A DNA stretch of 64,000 nt from Squalus acanthias (lineage: Eukaryota). The position numbers were made by a program, and so were the translations under genes. Positions 25,880-37,340 of the stretch are shown piece after piece. The notes under the pieces were generated by a model, which made no database searches, had not been told where the DNA came from, and worked only from the letters and a program-made list of their open reading frames with translations. The DNA lies in assembly GCA_030390025.1 (NCBI GenBank), contig CM059432.1, positions 119,476,001-119,540,000 of the forward strand, written 5' to 3'. Positions within the stretch are counted from its first letter, which is position 1, and each line of letters begins with the position of its first letter.

Positions 25880-27228
25880 TGGCAATGACTATCGCCTCCC
25901 GCAATTCTTTTGGGATGCATGCGGATTCCATTGTTTGGGTATCCAGTTTCACCATCTGTGGAAGTCCCCCCAGGGCTTATTTGATGAAGAAATTCCAGGG
26001 CGATTCCATCTCCGCTGGCCATCTTCTCATTCTTCACTGCAGCTAAACCCTCCTTCACTTCATCTGTGCTGATGGTGGTGGGGTCTTGTGGAGGGATTGA
26101 GGTCATTGTCCGGTGTAGTTGACGATGGATCTCTTGCTTGGTGTTTTTTTGAGCGGTCCATTTGTGCTCTCCACCTGTTTGGAGGCTATGTAGTTGGGCC
26201 GGACTTTTGAGGTCCAATATTCAGATTAGTGGCTCCGAGAAGTTGTTGTAGGGCCCAGGCATGGCGACTAAGGTGTGTGAATTCCAGACCTTCAACACAC
26301 TTAATCCACCGCTGGCGTCTGGCTGAGTCGAAAGATGCGAGTAGGGCCATGGCAGCCTGTGGGCTGCCCAACGGGTTGTACTGCCGGAGCAGGTCCTGGG
26401 TCTCTTTTGTCCAGCAGGGATTGTATTCCTCAGGGGATTCTCTTCTTGGCGGCAGTGGTAAGGAGGCTAAAGACCCGGGGATAACATTCCGGTGTAGCAA
26501 GGATTCGGATCACCACTTTTTCGATGGCTTCCTTATAGCAGTCCCAGCCGGCTTTGGCCAGGTTCCACCGTGGGATACACTTAGACAGAATCACGTGGGC
26601 TTTGATGCCAACATGGGTGATGACAGGCCTGTGTTGGCTATTGGGGGAAGTTGGAGTATTTTGTGGGATGCATGAAGCGTGCTTCCGCTTTGATCGTTGG
26701 AAACGATGGTAAGGTCCGGATTGTAGTCGCATTGCCAGCGAGTGAAGTGGAAAGTTGCTCACTGTTTGGGAGTAAAGACCAGTTGCAAATCTTCTGCGTA
26801 CATCCAGTCCGTGAGGTCTTCGCTATCAGCTTCATTTGCTTCCTAGCCCCACATAGTGTGGTGGCTGTTAAAGTCACCAGCATACAGGGCTGGGATTGGT
26901 GCACTTGGGAGTCTGGCTTCGGCCATTTAGAATGAGGGGTTTTGTACACTTTGGTAATGTGCAGCTCCCCTATCTTGATGATGGTGGTGTAGGTGGCTTT
27001 TTCTTTAGTTGGAAAGAAGATGTCGAAATTTGTGATGGTGTTCTTCACGTATATATTTCAGGGTGGTAGTGGCTAGTCGTGAGGTTATATCCATGGATGC
27101 GGTAGTGGCTGGCCTGTTGGTCATTGGAGACATGGGTTTTTTGGAGTTTGAGAATGTCGATGTTATGTGTCTTCAATATGTTCGCAAGATACTTGCACTT
27201 CACTTGGGAAAGTCCCTCAATGTTGAGT

Positions 27229-28010
27229 TTTTTTTTTATTCGTTCATGGGACGTGGGCGTCGCTGGCAAGGCCAGCATTTATTGCCCATCCCTAGTTGCC
27301 CTTGAGAAGGTGGTGGTGAGCCGCCTTCTTGAACCGCTGCAGTCCTGTGGTGAAGATACTCCCACAGTGCTGTTAGGGAGGGAGTTCCAGGATTTTGACC
27401 CAACGATGATGAAGGAACAACGATATATTTCCAAGTCAGGATGGTGTGTGACTTGGAGGGGAACTTGCAGGTGATGGTGTTCCCATGCACCTGCTGCCCT
27501 TATCCTTCTAGATGGTAGAGGTCGCAGGTTTGAGAGGTGCTGCCAAAGAAGCCTTGGCGAGGTGCTGCAGTGTATCTTGTAGATGGTACACATGCAGCCA
27601 CGGTGTGCCAGTGGTGGAGAGAGTGAATATTTAAGGTGGTGGATGGGGCACCAATCAAGTAGGCTGCTTTGTCCTGGATGGTGTCGAGCTTCTTGAGTGT
27701 TGTTGGAGCTGCACTCATCCAGGCAAGTGGAGAGTATTCCATCACACTCCTGACTTGTGCCTTGTAGATTGTGGAAAGGCTTTGCAGAGTAAGGAGGTGA
27801 GACACTCGCTGCAGAATACCCAGCCTCTGACCTGATCTTATGCCACAGTATTTATGTGGCTGGTCCAGTTAAGATTCTGGTCAATGGTTACCCCCAGGAT
27901 TCGGCAATGGTAATACCGTTGAATGTCAAGGGGTGGTGGTTAGATTCTCACTTGATGGAGATAGTCATTGCCTGGCACTTGTGTGGTGCGAATGTTACTT
28001 GCCACTTATC
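27229..28010 (-). mobile_element. 3' fragment of a second CR1/L2-group LINE family
   Basis: IYKAQVRSVMEYSPLAWMSAAPTTLKKLDTIQDKA..SWNSLP; A-rich tail at 27229; inserted within the Vingi endonuclease. Confidence 0.8.
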
Positions 28011-28494
28011 AGGAGGATCCTTGTACCAGGACCTATCTGGCATGTTGTTTAGCCCTGAAGCGGGCCATTATGGTGGCTTGAGTTGTTGCTCTGAAGACCG
28101 GGAGTTTGTTGATCAATGTTCAGTCGCCGGATTGATGGCATTCGTCGTGATTTCTCATTTAACATAGTGGGCCGTGTGAAGGCTGCCATCTTCCACTCCA
28201 CAATCGCAGTAACATGATATGTAACAATGTTCCCAAGCTATTTTATTCCATTTTTTAATCAAATTTGCTTTTGCCTGCAGTGGTTGCTGTAGTCAACGAA
28301 AGTGTTATAGCATCAATAAATTGAACTGAAGTGTATTAGTCTATGAACCAGATCAGTGTCACCTGAGGGGGGGAGGGAGGGGAGTGAAGTCTATGCCAAT
28401 GAGTTCTTATAATGAAATTAAACCAACCTAGTTTTGATAACCCTTCCTGATTAGTAGCTTGATCTGCTAAAATCAGATGGCATGAAAGAGGGGC

Positions 28495-28800
28495 AGTGTT
28501 CTTGACACCATCAACGTGCTTTTTTTTGTCATTACAGTTGAAGCTTCACAAGACAAAAGATTGTGGAGACCAAACATTTTTCTTTTTTCTTCTGACCTTT
28601 CAGTTATTTGTCTTTCTCATCAAGCATCTACACAGGTTTGTGGACTCAGTGTATGATAGTTAACCTTTCAGTACAACAGCTTTCCCGATAGAACATCTTT
28701 GGCTTATAATTGCACTTACCGTTGCATCATGCACTGTAGTCTTATCTGCAATTGAGCCCAGTGTCTCTTTCATTGTGAGCAAGCTGTGATATTATGAGAT
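28495..28800 (-). pseudogene. Second Academ-like fragment
   Basis: 28505-28575 is a diverged direct copy of 6300-6368; upstream reads NYH..VHKPV-DALMR-like (recalled KYNRA..HKLVYEALMR). Confidence 0.5.
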
Positions 28801-29194
28801 ATGAAAGTTAAATGATTTAACTTTATGGCAATGTTTTTGTAATGCCCATGGTGGGAATATAATTTTAATTCTGGCCAGCTTTTAGTGAAGTGTTCCAGGA
28901 TTCAATGTCCTTTCACAAAACCAAGCAGGAGGTAGGTGGATGATGTGTGTTGGAAAAGTTTGGACCAATATGTATCTCAGCAAACTGTAAAAATAAAAGA
29001 AAAATTATTTACATTTGACACAAAATTACTTCCTTTGTAAAAGCAGTGATTATACCAACTGGTATATTCATATCAACTGGTTTTAGCAGATCAAGATATT
29101 CGTCAGGAACAGTTATAAAATCGAGATTGTTTTCATTTCATAGTAGGAACACATTGGCATGGACGTCACTTCCCTATGTCCCCATCCCCCCAAC

Positions 29195-29630
29195 CTGCAT
29201 TCTTGCCTCTGAGTCAGAAGCTTGTGGGTTCAAGTCCCACTCCGGAGACTTTAGTACAAAAATCTAGGCTGACACTCCATTGCTGAGGGAGTGCTGCACT
29301 GTCGGAGGTGCCTTGTTTCGGATGAGATATTAAACCGAGGTCCCATCTGCCCTCTCAGGTGGATATAAAAGATCCCATGGCACTATTTTGATGAAGAGCG
29401 GGGAGTTGTCCCCGGTGTCCTGGTCAATATTTCAATCAACATCACTAAAAAACAGATTACCTGGTCATTATCACATTGGTGTTTGTGGGAGCTTGCTGTG
29501 TGAAATTTGGCTGCCGTGTTTCCTACATTACTACAGTGACTACATTTCAAAAGTACTTAATTGGCTGTAAAATGCTTTGGGACGTCCTGGGGTCATGAAA
29601 GGCGCTATAGAAATGCAAGTTTTTCTTTCT
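29195..29630 (+). mobile_element. Deu-domain SINE (SacSINE1-like) with L2-type tail
   Basis: B-box ggttcaagtccc; core gtggatataaaagatcccatggcactatt; tail gctttgggacgtcc..aaggcgctatagaaatgcaag. Confidence 0.8.
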
Positions 29631-30528
29631 TTCTGGTTCATAGACTAATACGCTTCTGTTCAATCTATTGATACTATACACTTTAGTTGATTACGGCTTC
29701 CACTGCAGGCAAAAACAAACTTGACAAAAATGGAATAAAAACATCCCTCTTAACATCCACAGGTATACATCTTATAGAATAACACATGCTGGAATGAGGT
29801 TCATGAGCATTACACCTCTCAGGATTGAAATATTAGGGATTAATTGCTGAAGATTTGTTCTTGTGGTTTATGATGTCCGTTCAATCCCATTGTAACTCCA
29901 TGTAATCTTACTATTTTGTAAAGCTCTCCAGCTTATGTTACTGTTGTGGAGTAATTTCAAATCACTTAACACAAGTCCGAGATCGAGGGTCCAAACAGCC
30001 TTTATTCACACCGGTGAGGCGGCCACCGGTGGGGAGACAGCCTGCTTCCACCTTAGCCAAGCTTCTCAGAATTGTTACAGCGGTTAGTAGATATTTATAC
30101 CAACAGTTTGATGCGCTATACATTGTTCCTGCCTACCTTCTAGAATGTTCTGCATTATAACATCATTTTAGCTCTTATCAGCATTTGTTTACTGGCCCTT
30201 TGTCCGAGTCCCAAGAATTGTTGACTTCATGTCTGCTTCCTGATCTACTTACTGTCCTTGGGATATTGTAAGGCCATCTGGTTTCTAGGGTGGTTACACA
30301 TCTTGAGCATACCTTTTATCTTGCAACATTAGCTCTTTCACTCAACCTAATTTCTTGCAGCATTTGCAGTTCTTTGACCTTGATTATATCTTGTAGCCAG
30401 CCCAGTCATGCGATTATGTGAGGTAATGTTATACACTGCCTTTCCTGACCATTTTTTGTATAGAACCAAATCCCCATCATGCACCACCACTCTACACTAA
30501 CTTTTATACATCTTCTTTCCCCCTTTCA

Positions 30529-30540
30529 ATCCCCCCTTTT
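30529..30540 (-). promoter_or_regulatory. Polypurine tract
   Basis: Minus-strand aaaaggggggat immediately before the 3' LTR TG. Confidence 0.85.
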
Positions 30541-31050
30541 GGCCCTTGGCCAAACTGGCCCAAGGTGGCCATGCGGGTATTTACAACTGATATAGATTCT
30601 CAAGTTTCCGCATTTCCCCATTTTCCGCCTTTTTCATGGCTCTTACTAGTCTCTCTACCTTTTGCTTTCTACATTTGCGACAGCAGTTTAATAACAGGTA
30701 TATCGGGCCAGAAATTCGGTTTTCCGGCTTCCTGCTGGTGCAAGCATCACATGGGTACTTACCTACCGCACCGGTCGTTGTGTTTTGGGCCCACGAGAAC
30801 TTCGGGTCCTGGGCCTCCTCCAGCTGCCGGCGCGCAGTGCTTGTGTGTCCCAGGGGCGCAGTTAGTTCGAAGCGTCCCCTGGGATCATGTGGGCCATGGA
30901 GACCCAATCCTAGCAGGGCATTTTCATTCATAGATTTGACAGGAAGACCTGTCAAATCTATGAATTGAAATCGGCCCCAAAACCACACTTACACTTCAAA
31001 TAAATTAAAAAAAACACATCACATTTTTAAAATAACTATAAGTGAAATAA

Positions 31051-31569
31051 AGCGCAGCGTAAGCTCGAGGAACAGCACCTCATCTTTCGTTTAGGCACGT
31101 TACAACCCTCTGGACTCAATATCGAGTTCAACAATTTTAGATCATAACCTTAGCCCCATCACATTTATATTTTATTTTCTCATCCACCCTTTTATTTGCC
31201 CCCCCCCTTTTTGTTTCCTCCTAGAAGCTGGCAGCTGTCCTTCATTCTGCCAATGCATTTCACACTTCTTTCAGCCTTAACCTGTCACATTAACACCACC
31301 TCTTGCCTTGAATATCTCTTAATGTCTCTGAATGTCTCTTAATGTCTCTTAATCTCTCCTTTTGTTCTTTTATCCCCTCCCCCTTTTCCCAGCTTTATCC
31401 TTGCTTTAAATCTATTTGATTTCCTGCTGTCTCCAGTTCTGATGAAAGGTCTTCGACCTGAAACGTTAACTCTGTTTCTCTCTCCACGGATGCTGCCTCG
31501 CCTGCTGAGTTTTTCCAGCTTTTTCTGTTGTTATTTCGGATTTCCAGCATCTGCAGTATTTTGCTATCG
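31051..31569 (+). mobile_element. Penelope-like element 3' fragment
   Basis: KLEEQHLIFRLGTLQPSGLNIEFNNF C-terminus plus the pLTR tail with a hammerhead motif. Confidence 0.85.
31435..31471 (+). ncRNA. Minimal type I hammerhead ribozyme motif (Penelope pLTR)
   Basis: agtt-CTGATGA-a-aggtc ttc gacct-GAAA-cgtt-aact: conserved core, stem II, palindromic minimal stem III and 4-bp stem I. Confidence 0.7.
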
Positions 31570-33887
31570 TAGTTAAATAAATTAACTACTTTAAACAAAA
31601 ATTTAAAATTTTGAAAAAATTTAAATGCTTTTTAACGGTGTTAAAAATAAACTTACCTTTCTTTAAAGTATCTAAAAAAGATAAACCTGTTGAAAAAATT
31701 TTTAAACAGTAATTAATTAACCACTTACCTTGTTAAAAACGGGTCTTGCGCCTCCTTTTTAAAAGCGCAGTTTCTTCCATACTTACCTTCCCGGAGAAAA
31801 CTGAAAAAAACCTAAGTTCGCTGCGATCACGCAGCCTCTCCCGCGCACGCGGTTCACCTCTGAACCCCTCCCTTCACGAGACCGGAAGTTCCGGTTTCCC
31901 ACGCATGCGCAGTGCATACAGGAAACCGGCACTTCATGTGGCCTTATGGGTGAGTACACAGCGCGTACTCACCTGACAAGCACCGAATTTCTGGGCCGAT
32001 AGATCATGACTATCACTTGTAGGCATAACAGTATGTGTGATACTATTCTTATCCAAGGGTGTACCTGCACATTTAGGCCCCAATTCCAGATGGTTTCATA
32101 CCATGGAGCGTTGTCCAAGTTTTTGATCTCCCTCTCAGTTTTCTTGATTTCCCACTGTAACTTGTGGTACTGGTTAACATATTGTCTAGTTTGTGGTTAA
32201 TCTCAGTTCTGGGATTTTAGGTCCTTCAGGTATTATGTAATTTTGCAATTCCCCTTTAATGTTTTCCATGGCATTGAGGGCTACTTGTGGTCTCTTATAT
32301 ATTGCCACTAAATGCTGGTGCCCAATTGTCACAGGAGTTCGGGGGTAGAAGCAGAAGCTTGCATTGTAGATTGGGCACGCGAGAGGCCCATAACTGTACT
32401 GTTTCTCATTTGTGGTCACACAGTATCCCCTCTGCCCCAGTATGCAACACGAGTTGGGTCATATCGGGCCTGTGTCATTTCTACAGTACAATTTGTGGTC
32501 TTATTGAATCCACATCGCACCTGTTCTCCAGTCCCAGCTGGGTGCGGGCACATTAGTGTTTTTTCATATTCTTTGCATCCTGTCAGAGATATCCCTACCC
32601 GTATTTTTCCTACACCGGGCGTTGGTTCCTTTTTTTGTGGCATAGCTACGGATTGGGTAATATCTTACATGGGTCTTTCCCTGATTCACCCCGATATTTT
32701 CTACTTGGTACGGGGGATAGGATGCTTGTTCGTTGGTCATTACCGGTATCACCATAACCATCCCGAGGTATTGTGGGAGGTTAGTTATACAGTTTGTGTC
32801 CGTAGGTTATACTTGGATCAGGCCTTGTAATTGACATGCCGTCATGTTGCCTGAGCTACTGGCCAAGTCTTTCAATTTCTTGTTGCTTATCCAGCTGGGG
32901 CCCTCCCCCTGATGTAGCTGGTTCATGTTGGCACGGACTTGGCCTGTTATCCATGACCCATAAGCATGACACAACATTTCCACCTTAGTTTGCCCTTCAT
33001 TATACTCAATGGCATTTATTAGACGGTTAGTGGTTTTTGCATGCGCTTCTAGGATATGGGTAATTCCCAATAGGGTTTCCACTGTGTGGGTCCCTAGCTG
33101 ACTCTCCTGTTGAGGCTCAGTGTTTGTCTGCTTCAATACCGGTTTCAATTTTTCACTCAGACTTTCGAGTTCCCTGTCTACTGCCTCGATGTCCAAGGCA
33201 TTAACTAGTGATGCCCCTGTGTTAAATACTGCTCCCGCATCTCCTAGCACACTTCTTTTCCTTCTAACCCTCCTTCTCCGCGTTCCCGACGCCTGGGTAG
33301 TTTGGCCTATAACATTTTGTATCAGGTTTTTATACAACTGCTGGGCTTGTGGGCTACACCACGCTGGGAGATATATTGTTGACAAATTCAATACCACCGG
33401 TACAAGCTCATGGCGCACGTTATATAATATTCTACCATTGTCCACTAATACCAGTCCTCCTTTTGGTGCTGGGGATGCCTCTGGACATTCCAGGGGTTTT
33501 GGCGTCGTGGTGGCTGTGGTTTGTAACGTCGTTGGTTTTGTTGTAGATGATGCTGTAGGCGCTGGGGTAGTTGTTGTGTTTGGCTTGCAGAACTTCCACC
33601 AGGGATTTTCTCCTGCTCCACTCCTGCAGGATGTCTGCTCATTTTCAGGTTTTTCGGGTAGAGCCAGCACTAGTGTGGTATCACCCTTCTTCCAGCAGGC
33701 CAACCACTGGCATTCGGTCTCGTTCCAGCCCTCGAGGCAGGGAATGCACATTGGTGTTTGGTGTACGAGCGTCCCATTGTTACACCAGCGTGTGCCCGTG
33801 CCTCCCTCTGTGTTGCTGGTTAAAGTTAAAGCCACAGCAAATATCAATAGTAACTCCATAGTGATGGTTTACCTGTGGGAACATAAT

Positions 33888-36800
33888 GGGCCAGAAATTC
33901 GGGTCTCCACAGGTGAGTACGCGCTGGGTTATTTTACAACTTCCAAAAAAAATATATTCCACTGAAAAGAAAAGGATGTAAAAGAAAGGACAGTCATCCG
34001 TGGCTAAGTAAAGAAATTAAGGATAGTATTTGACTAAAAACAAGGGCATATAAGGTAGCGAAATCTAGTGGGAGGACAGAGGATTGGGAAAAATTTAAAA
34101 GGCAGCAAAAAATAACAAAAAGATTGATTAAGAAAGGGAAGATAGATTATGAAAGTAAATTAGCAAAAAATATAAAAACAGATAGTAAGAGTTTTTATAG
34201 TTATATAAAAAGAAAAAGGGTGGCTAAAGTAAATGTTGGTCCCTTAGAGGATGAGACCGGGAAATTAATGGTGGGAAATATGGAGATGGCAAAAACACTG
34301 AATGAATATTTTGCATCAGTCTTTACAGTAGAGGACACTAAGAATATCCCAACACTGGACAAACAGGGGGCTATAGGGGGAGAGGAGCTAAACACGATCA
34401 AAATCACTAAGGAAGTGGTACTCGGTAAAATAATGGGACTCAAGGCGGATAAATCACCTGGACCTGATGGCTTACATGCTAGAGTCTTGAAGGAAGTGGC
34501 GGTAGGGATTGTAGATGCATTGGTAATAATTTTTCAAAACTCCCTGGATTCCGCTAAAGTCCCGGCAGACTGGAAAACTGCTAATGTAACACCCTTATTT
34601 AAAAAGGGCAGTAGACAGAAGGCTGGTAACTATAGACCGGTTAGCCTAACATCTGTGGTAGGTAAAATTTTGGAGTCCATTATTAAGGAAACAGTAACAG
34701 GACATTTGGATAATCATAATTTAATAGGACAAAGTCAGCATGGTTTTACGAAGGGGAAGTCATGTTTGACAAATTTGCTGGAGTTCTTTGAGGAAGTAAC
34801 ATATAGAGTGGATAAAGGGGAACCAGTGGACGTAGTGTATTTAGACTTCCAAAAGGCATTTGACAAGGTGCCACACAAAAGATTATTGCTTAAGGTAAAA
34901 AATCACGGGATTGGGGGTAATATTCTGGCATGGATAGAGGATTGGCTATCTAACAGAAAGCAAAGAGTTGGGATAAATGGTTCATTCTCAGACTGGCAAT
35001 CAGTAAATAGTGGTGTTCCACAGGGGTCAGTGCTGGGTCCCCAACTCTTTACAATCTATATTAACGATTTGGAGGAAGGGACCAAGTGTAACATATCAAA
35101 ATTTGCAGATGATACAAAGATGGGAGGGAAAATAGTGAGTGAGGAGGACATAAAAAACCTGCAAGGGGACATAGACAGGCTAAATAAGTGGGCAGAGATT
35201 TGGCAGATGGAATACAACACTGGAAAGTGTGAGGTGATGCACTTTGGCAGGAAAAATCCTAGAGCAATTTATTATCTTAATGGCAAGAAATTGGAGAGTA
35301 CTGAAGTGCAAAGGGATCTGGGGGTCCTGGTGCACGAAACTCAAAAGGTTAGTATGCAGGTGCAGCAAGTGATTAAGAAGGCAAATGGAATGTTGGCTTT
35401 CATTGCTAGGGGGATAGAATATAAAAATAGGGAGGTATTGCTTCAGTTGTACAAGGTATTGGTGAGACCGCACCTGGAATACTGCATACAGTTTTGGTGT
35501 CCTTACTTAAGGAAAGACATCCTTGCTCTCGAGGCAGTGCAAAAAAGGTTCACTCGGTTAATCCCGGGGATGAGGGGGTGGTCATATGAGGAGAGGTTGG
35601 GTAGATTGGGACTCTACTCATTGGAGTTCAGAAGAATGAGAGGCGATCTTATTGAAACATATAAGATTGTGAATGGGTTGGATCGGGTGGATGCGGGGAG
35701 GATGTTCCCGATGACGGGTGAGACTAGAACTAGGGGACATAGTCTTAGAATAAGGGGCTGCTCTTTCAAAACTGAGATGAGGAGGAACTACTTCACTCAG
35801 AGGGTGGTAGGTCCATGGAATATGCTGCCCCAAAAAGCTGTAGAAGCTACATCATTAAATAAATTTAAAACAGAAATAGACAGTTTCCTAGAAGTAAAGG
35901 GCATTAAGGGTTACGGGGAGCGGGCAGGAATTTGGACATGAGTCTAGGTTCGGATCGGTCATGGCCCTGTGGGTAGTGGAGCGGGCCCAGGGACCGTGTA
36001 GCCTGATTCTGCTCCTATTTCGTGTGTGCAATTCTGTTAGATGCAGGAGATGGTTCTGTGATAGATAGTAGATTGGCGGTTAGGATCAGATCAGCCATGA
36101 TCTTATTGAATGGCGGAGCAGGCTCGAGGGGCCGATTGGCCTACTCCTGCTCCTATTTCTTATGTTCTTATGTTCTTATGTTCTCACCCGTAGACCCAAC
36201 AAAAGTGCCGGTTTTCCGCATGCACTGCGCATGCACTGGAAACCAGAACTTCCGTTCCCCTGAAGGAAGGGGTTCAGAGATCGAACGCGTGCGCCGGAGA
36301 GGCAGCGCATCGACCTCGAACTTCGTTTTTTTTTCCAGGTTTCTCCGTGAGGGTAAGTACGGAGAAGCTGCGCAGGGAATAAGGAAGCGGAAGGCCTGCT
36401 TTTAACAAGGTAAGTGGTGAATTAAGTACAATTTAAATATTTTTTCCACAGGTTTATCTTTTTTACATACTTTAAAGAAAGGTAAGTTTATTTTTAACAC
36501 TGTTAAAAAGTGTAATTAATTTTTTCAAAAATTTAAATTTTTGTTTAAATTAGTTAATTTATGTAATTTATAGTTATTTTAAAAATGTGATGTTTTTAAA
36601 AATTTATTTGAAGTTTTAGGGCCGATCTCTATTCATAGATTTGACAGGTCTTCCTGTCAAATCTATGAATGAAGATTCCCTGCTCCGATTGGCTCTCCAT
36701 GGCCCACGTGATCCCAGGGTACGCTTCGAACTAGTTGCGCCCCTGGGATACGCAAGCACTGCACGCCGGCAGCTGCAGGAGGCCCAGGAGCCGAATTCCA

Positions 36801-36892
36801 CGTGGGCCCGACAGCACAACGGCAGGCGCGGTATCCAAATGCAGGTCGGGGGCTTGCACCCGTGGGAAGCCCCCGACCCAAATTTCTGGCCC
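33888..36892. mobile_element. Harbinger-type MITE containing a CR1
   Basis: TIRs gggccagaaatt / aatttctggccc; same family as 30705-31997, opposite orientation. Confidence 0.8.
33920..36184 (+). mobile_element. 5'-truncated young CR1 with an uninterrupted 605-codon RT ORF (34124-35941)
   Basis: Continuous PGPDG..GVPQGSVLGP..KFADD..TRGHSLR; (ttcttatg)n tail. Confidence 0.95.
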
Positions 36893-36945
36893 ATGGTGGT
36901 CTTGGTCGTCACCAAGGGTTAGCGGCCATCTATTAAAGCAGTTTC

Positions 36946-37340
36946 TTATGCACTATAGTTTTTAAGCTGGGACCAGTGTTTCCACCGTCCTTTACCATTC
37001 ATATCTACACATGCACACGTATCACTGGTCATTATCACTTCATAGGGTCCTGTCCACCGTGGGGCGAACCCTGGTCGCGCTGGCAATGCCTGGACCATTA
37101 AGGAGTCCCCCACCTTCGGTAGAGGTTCTGTCGGCTCAGCTGATTTGTTCTCCTGGTCTCTAATGGCCTGCTGTTCCCTCTCCTCCTCCACAAGGTCTTG
37201 AGCTGTTCGTCTAGAATTTTAACATAGTTTTTAATTCGATCCCTGACTGGCCCTAACTCTGCTCTTCCTGTAGAGAGTCCTTCAGGCAGGTGCATGGCGC
37301 GTCCAGTCATTAGTTCGTATGGGGTCAGGCCAGTTGTCTG
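36946..37340 (-). pseudogene. pol: ERV integrase C-terminal remnant
   Basis: TTGLTPYELMTGRAMHL and the GPY/F-type module PKVGDSLMVQ..APRWTGPYEV..WKHWSQLK. Confidence 0.8.

Larger units (their letters stand above)
20400..28199 (-). mobile_element. Full-length, degraded Vingi/Ingi-like (I-group) LINE carrying three nested insertions
   Basis: 9-bp TSD acaatcgca at 20391-20399 and 28200-28208; (taa)n tail; LNIEGLS (EN), YRPISL, NGLPQGSVLAPMLFN, FANADD, AFHLDNR..YLGVKLDRTL, TPTPWLP, C-terminal CDCGHPEQTMEH..C. Confidence 0.78.
28240..29740. repeat. Diverged ~250-bp inverted repeat (arms 28240-28487 and 29066-29190 + 29632-29740)
   Basis: tagtctatgaaccaga pairs with tctggttcatagacta; cttgatctgctaaaa pairs with ttttagcagatcaag. 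The right arm is split by a SINE. Confidence 0.8.
30705..31997. mobile_element. Harbinger-type MITE containing a Penelope fragment
   Basis: TIRs gggccagaaattcggt / accgaatttctgggcc; inverted homolog at 33888-36892. Confidence 0.8.
30581..33859 (-). pseudogene. env: Env, class I fusion glycoprotein with F-like layout (one stop, ~3 frameshifts, MITE inserted in the TM segment)
   Basis: Signal peptide MELLLIFAVALTLT; Thr-rich linker; furin site RRKR (33265-33254); fusion peptide SVLGDAGAVFNTGASLVNAL; HR1; long Cys-rich region; HR2 YHKLQWEIKKTEREIKNL; WYETIWNW; TM IVSHILLCLQVIVMIY|LLL; tail NCCRKC. Confidence 0.85.

Noticed and set aside
25398..26072. 224-aa ORF
   Set aside because: Chance ORF crossing the solo-LTR/Vingi boundary.
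33120..33965. 281-aa plus-strand ORF
   Set aside because: Antisense shadow of env; non-ATG start and no recognisable motifs.
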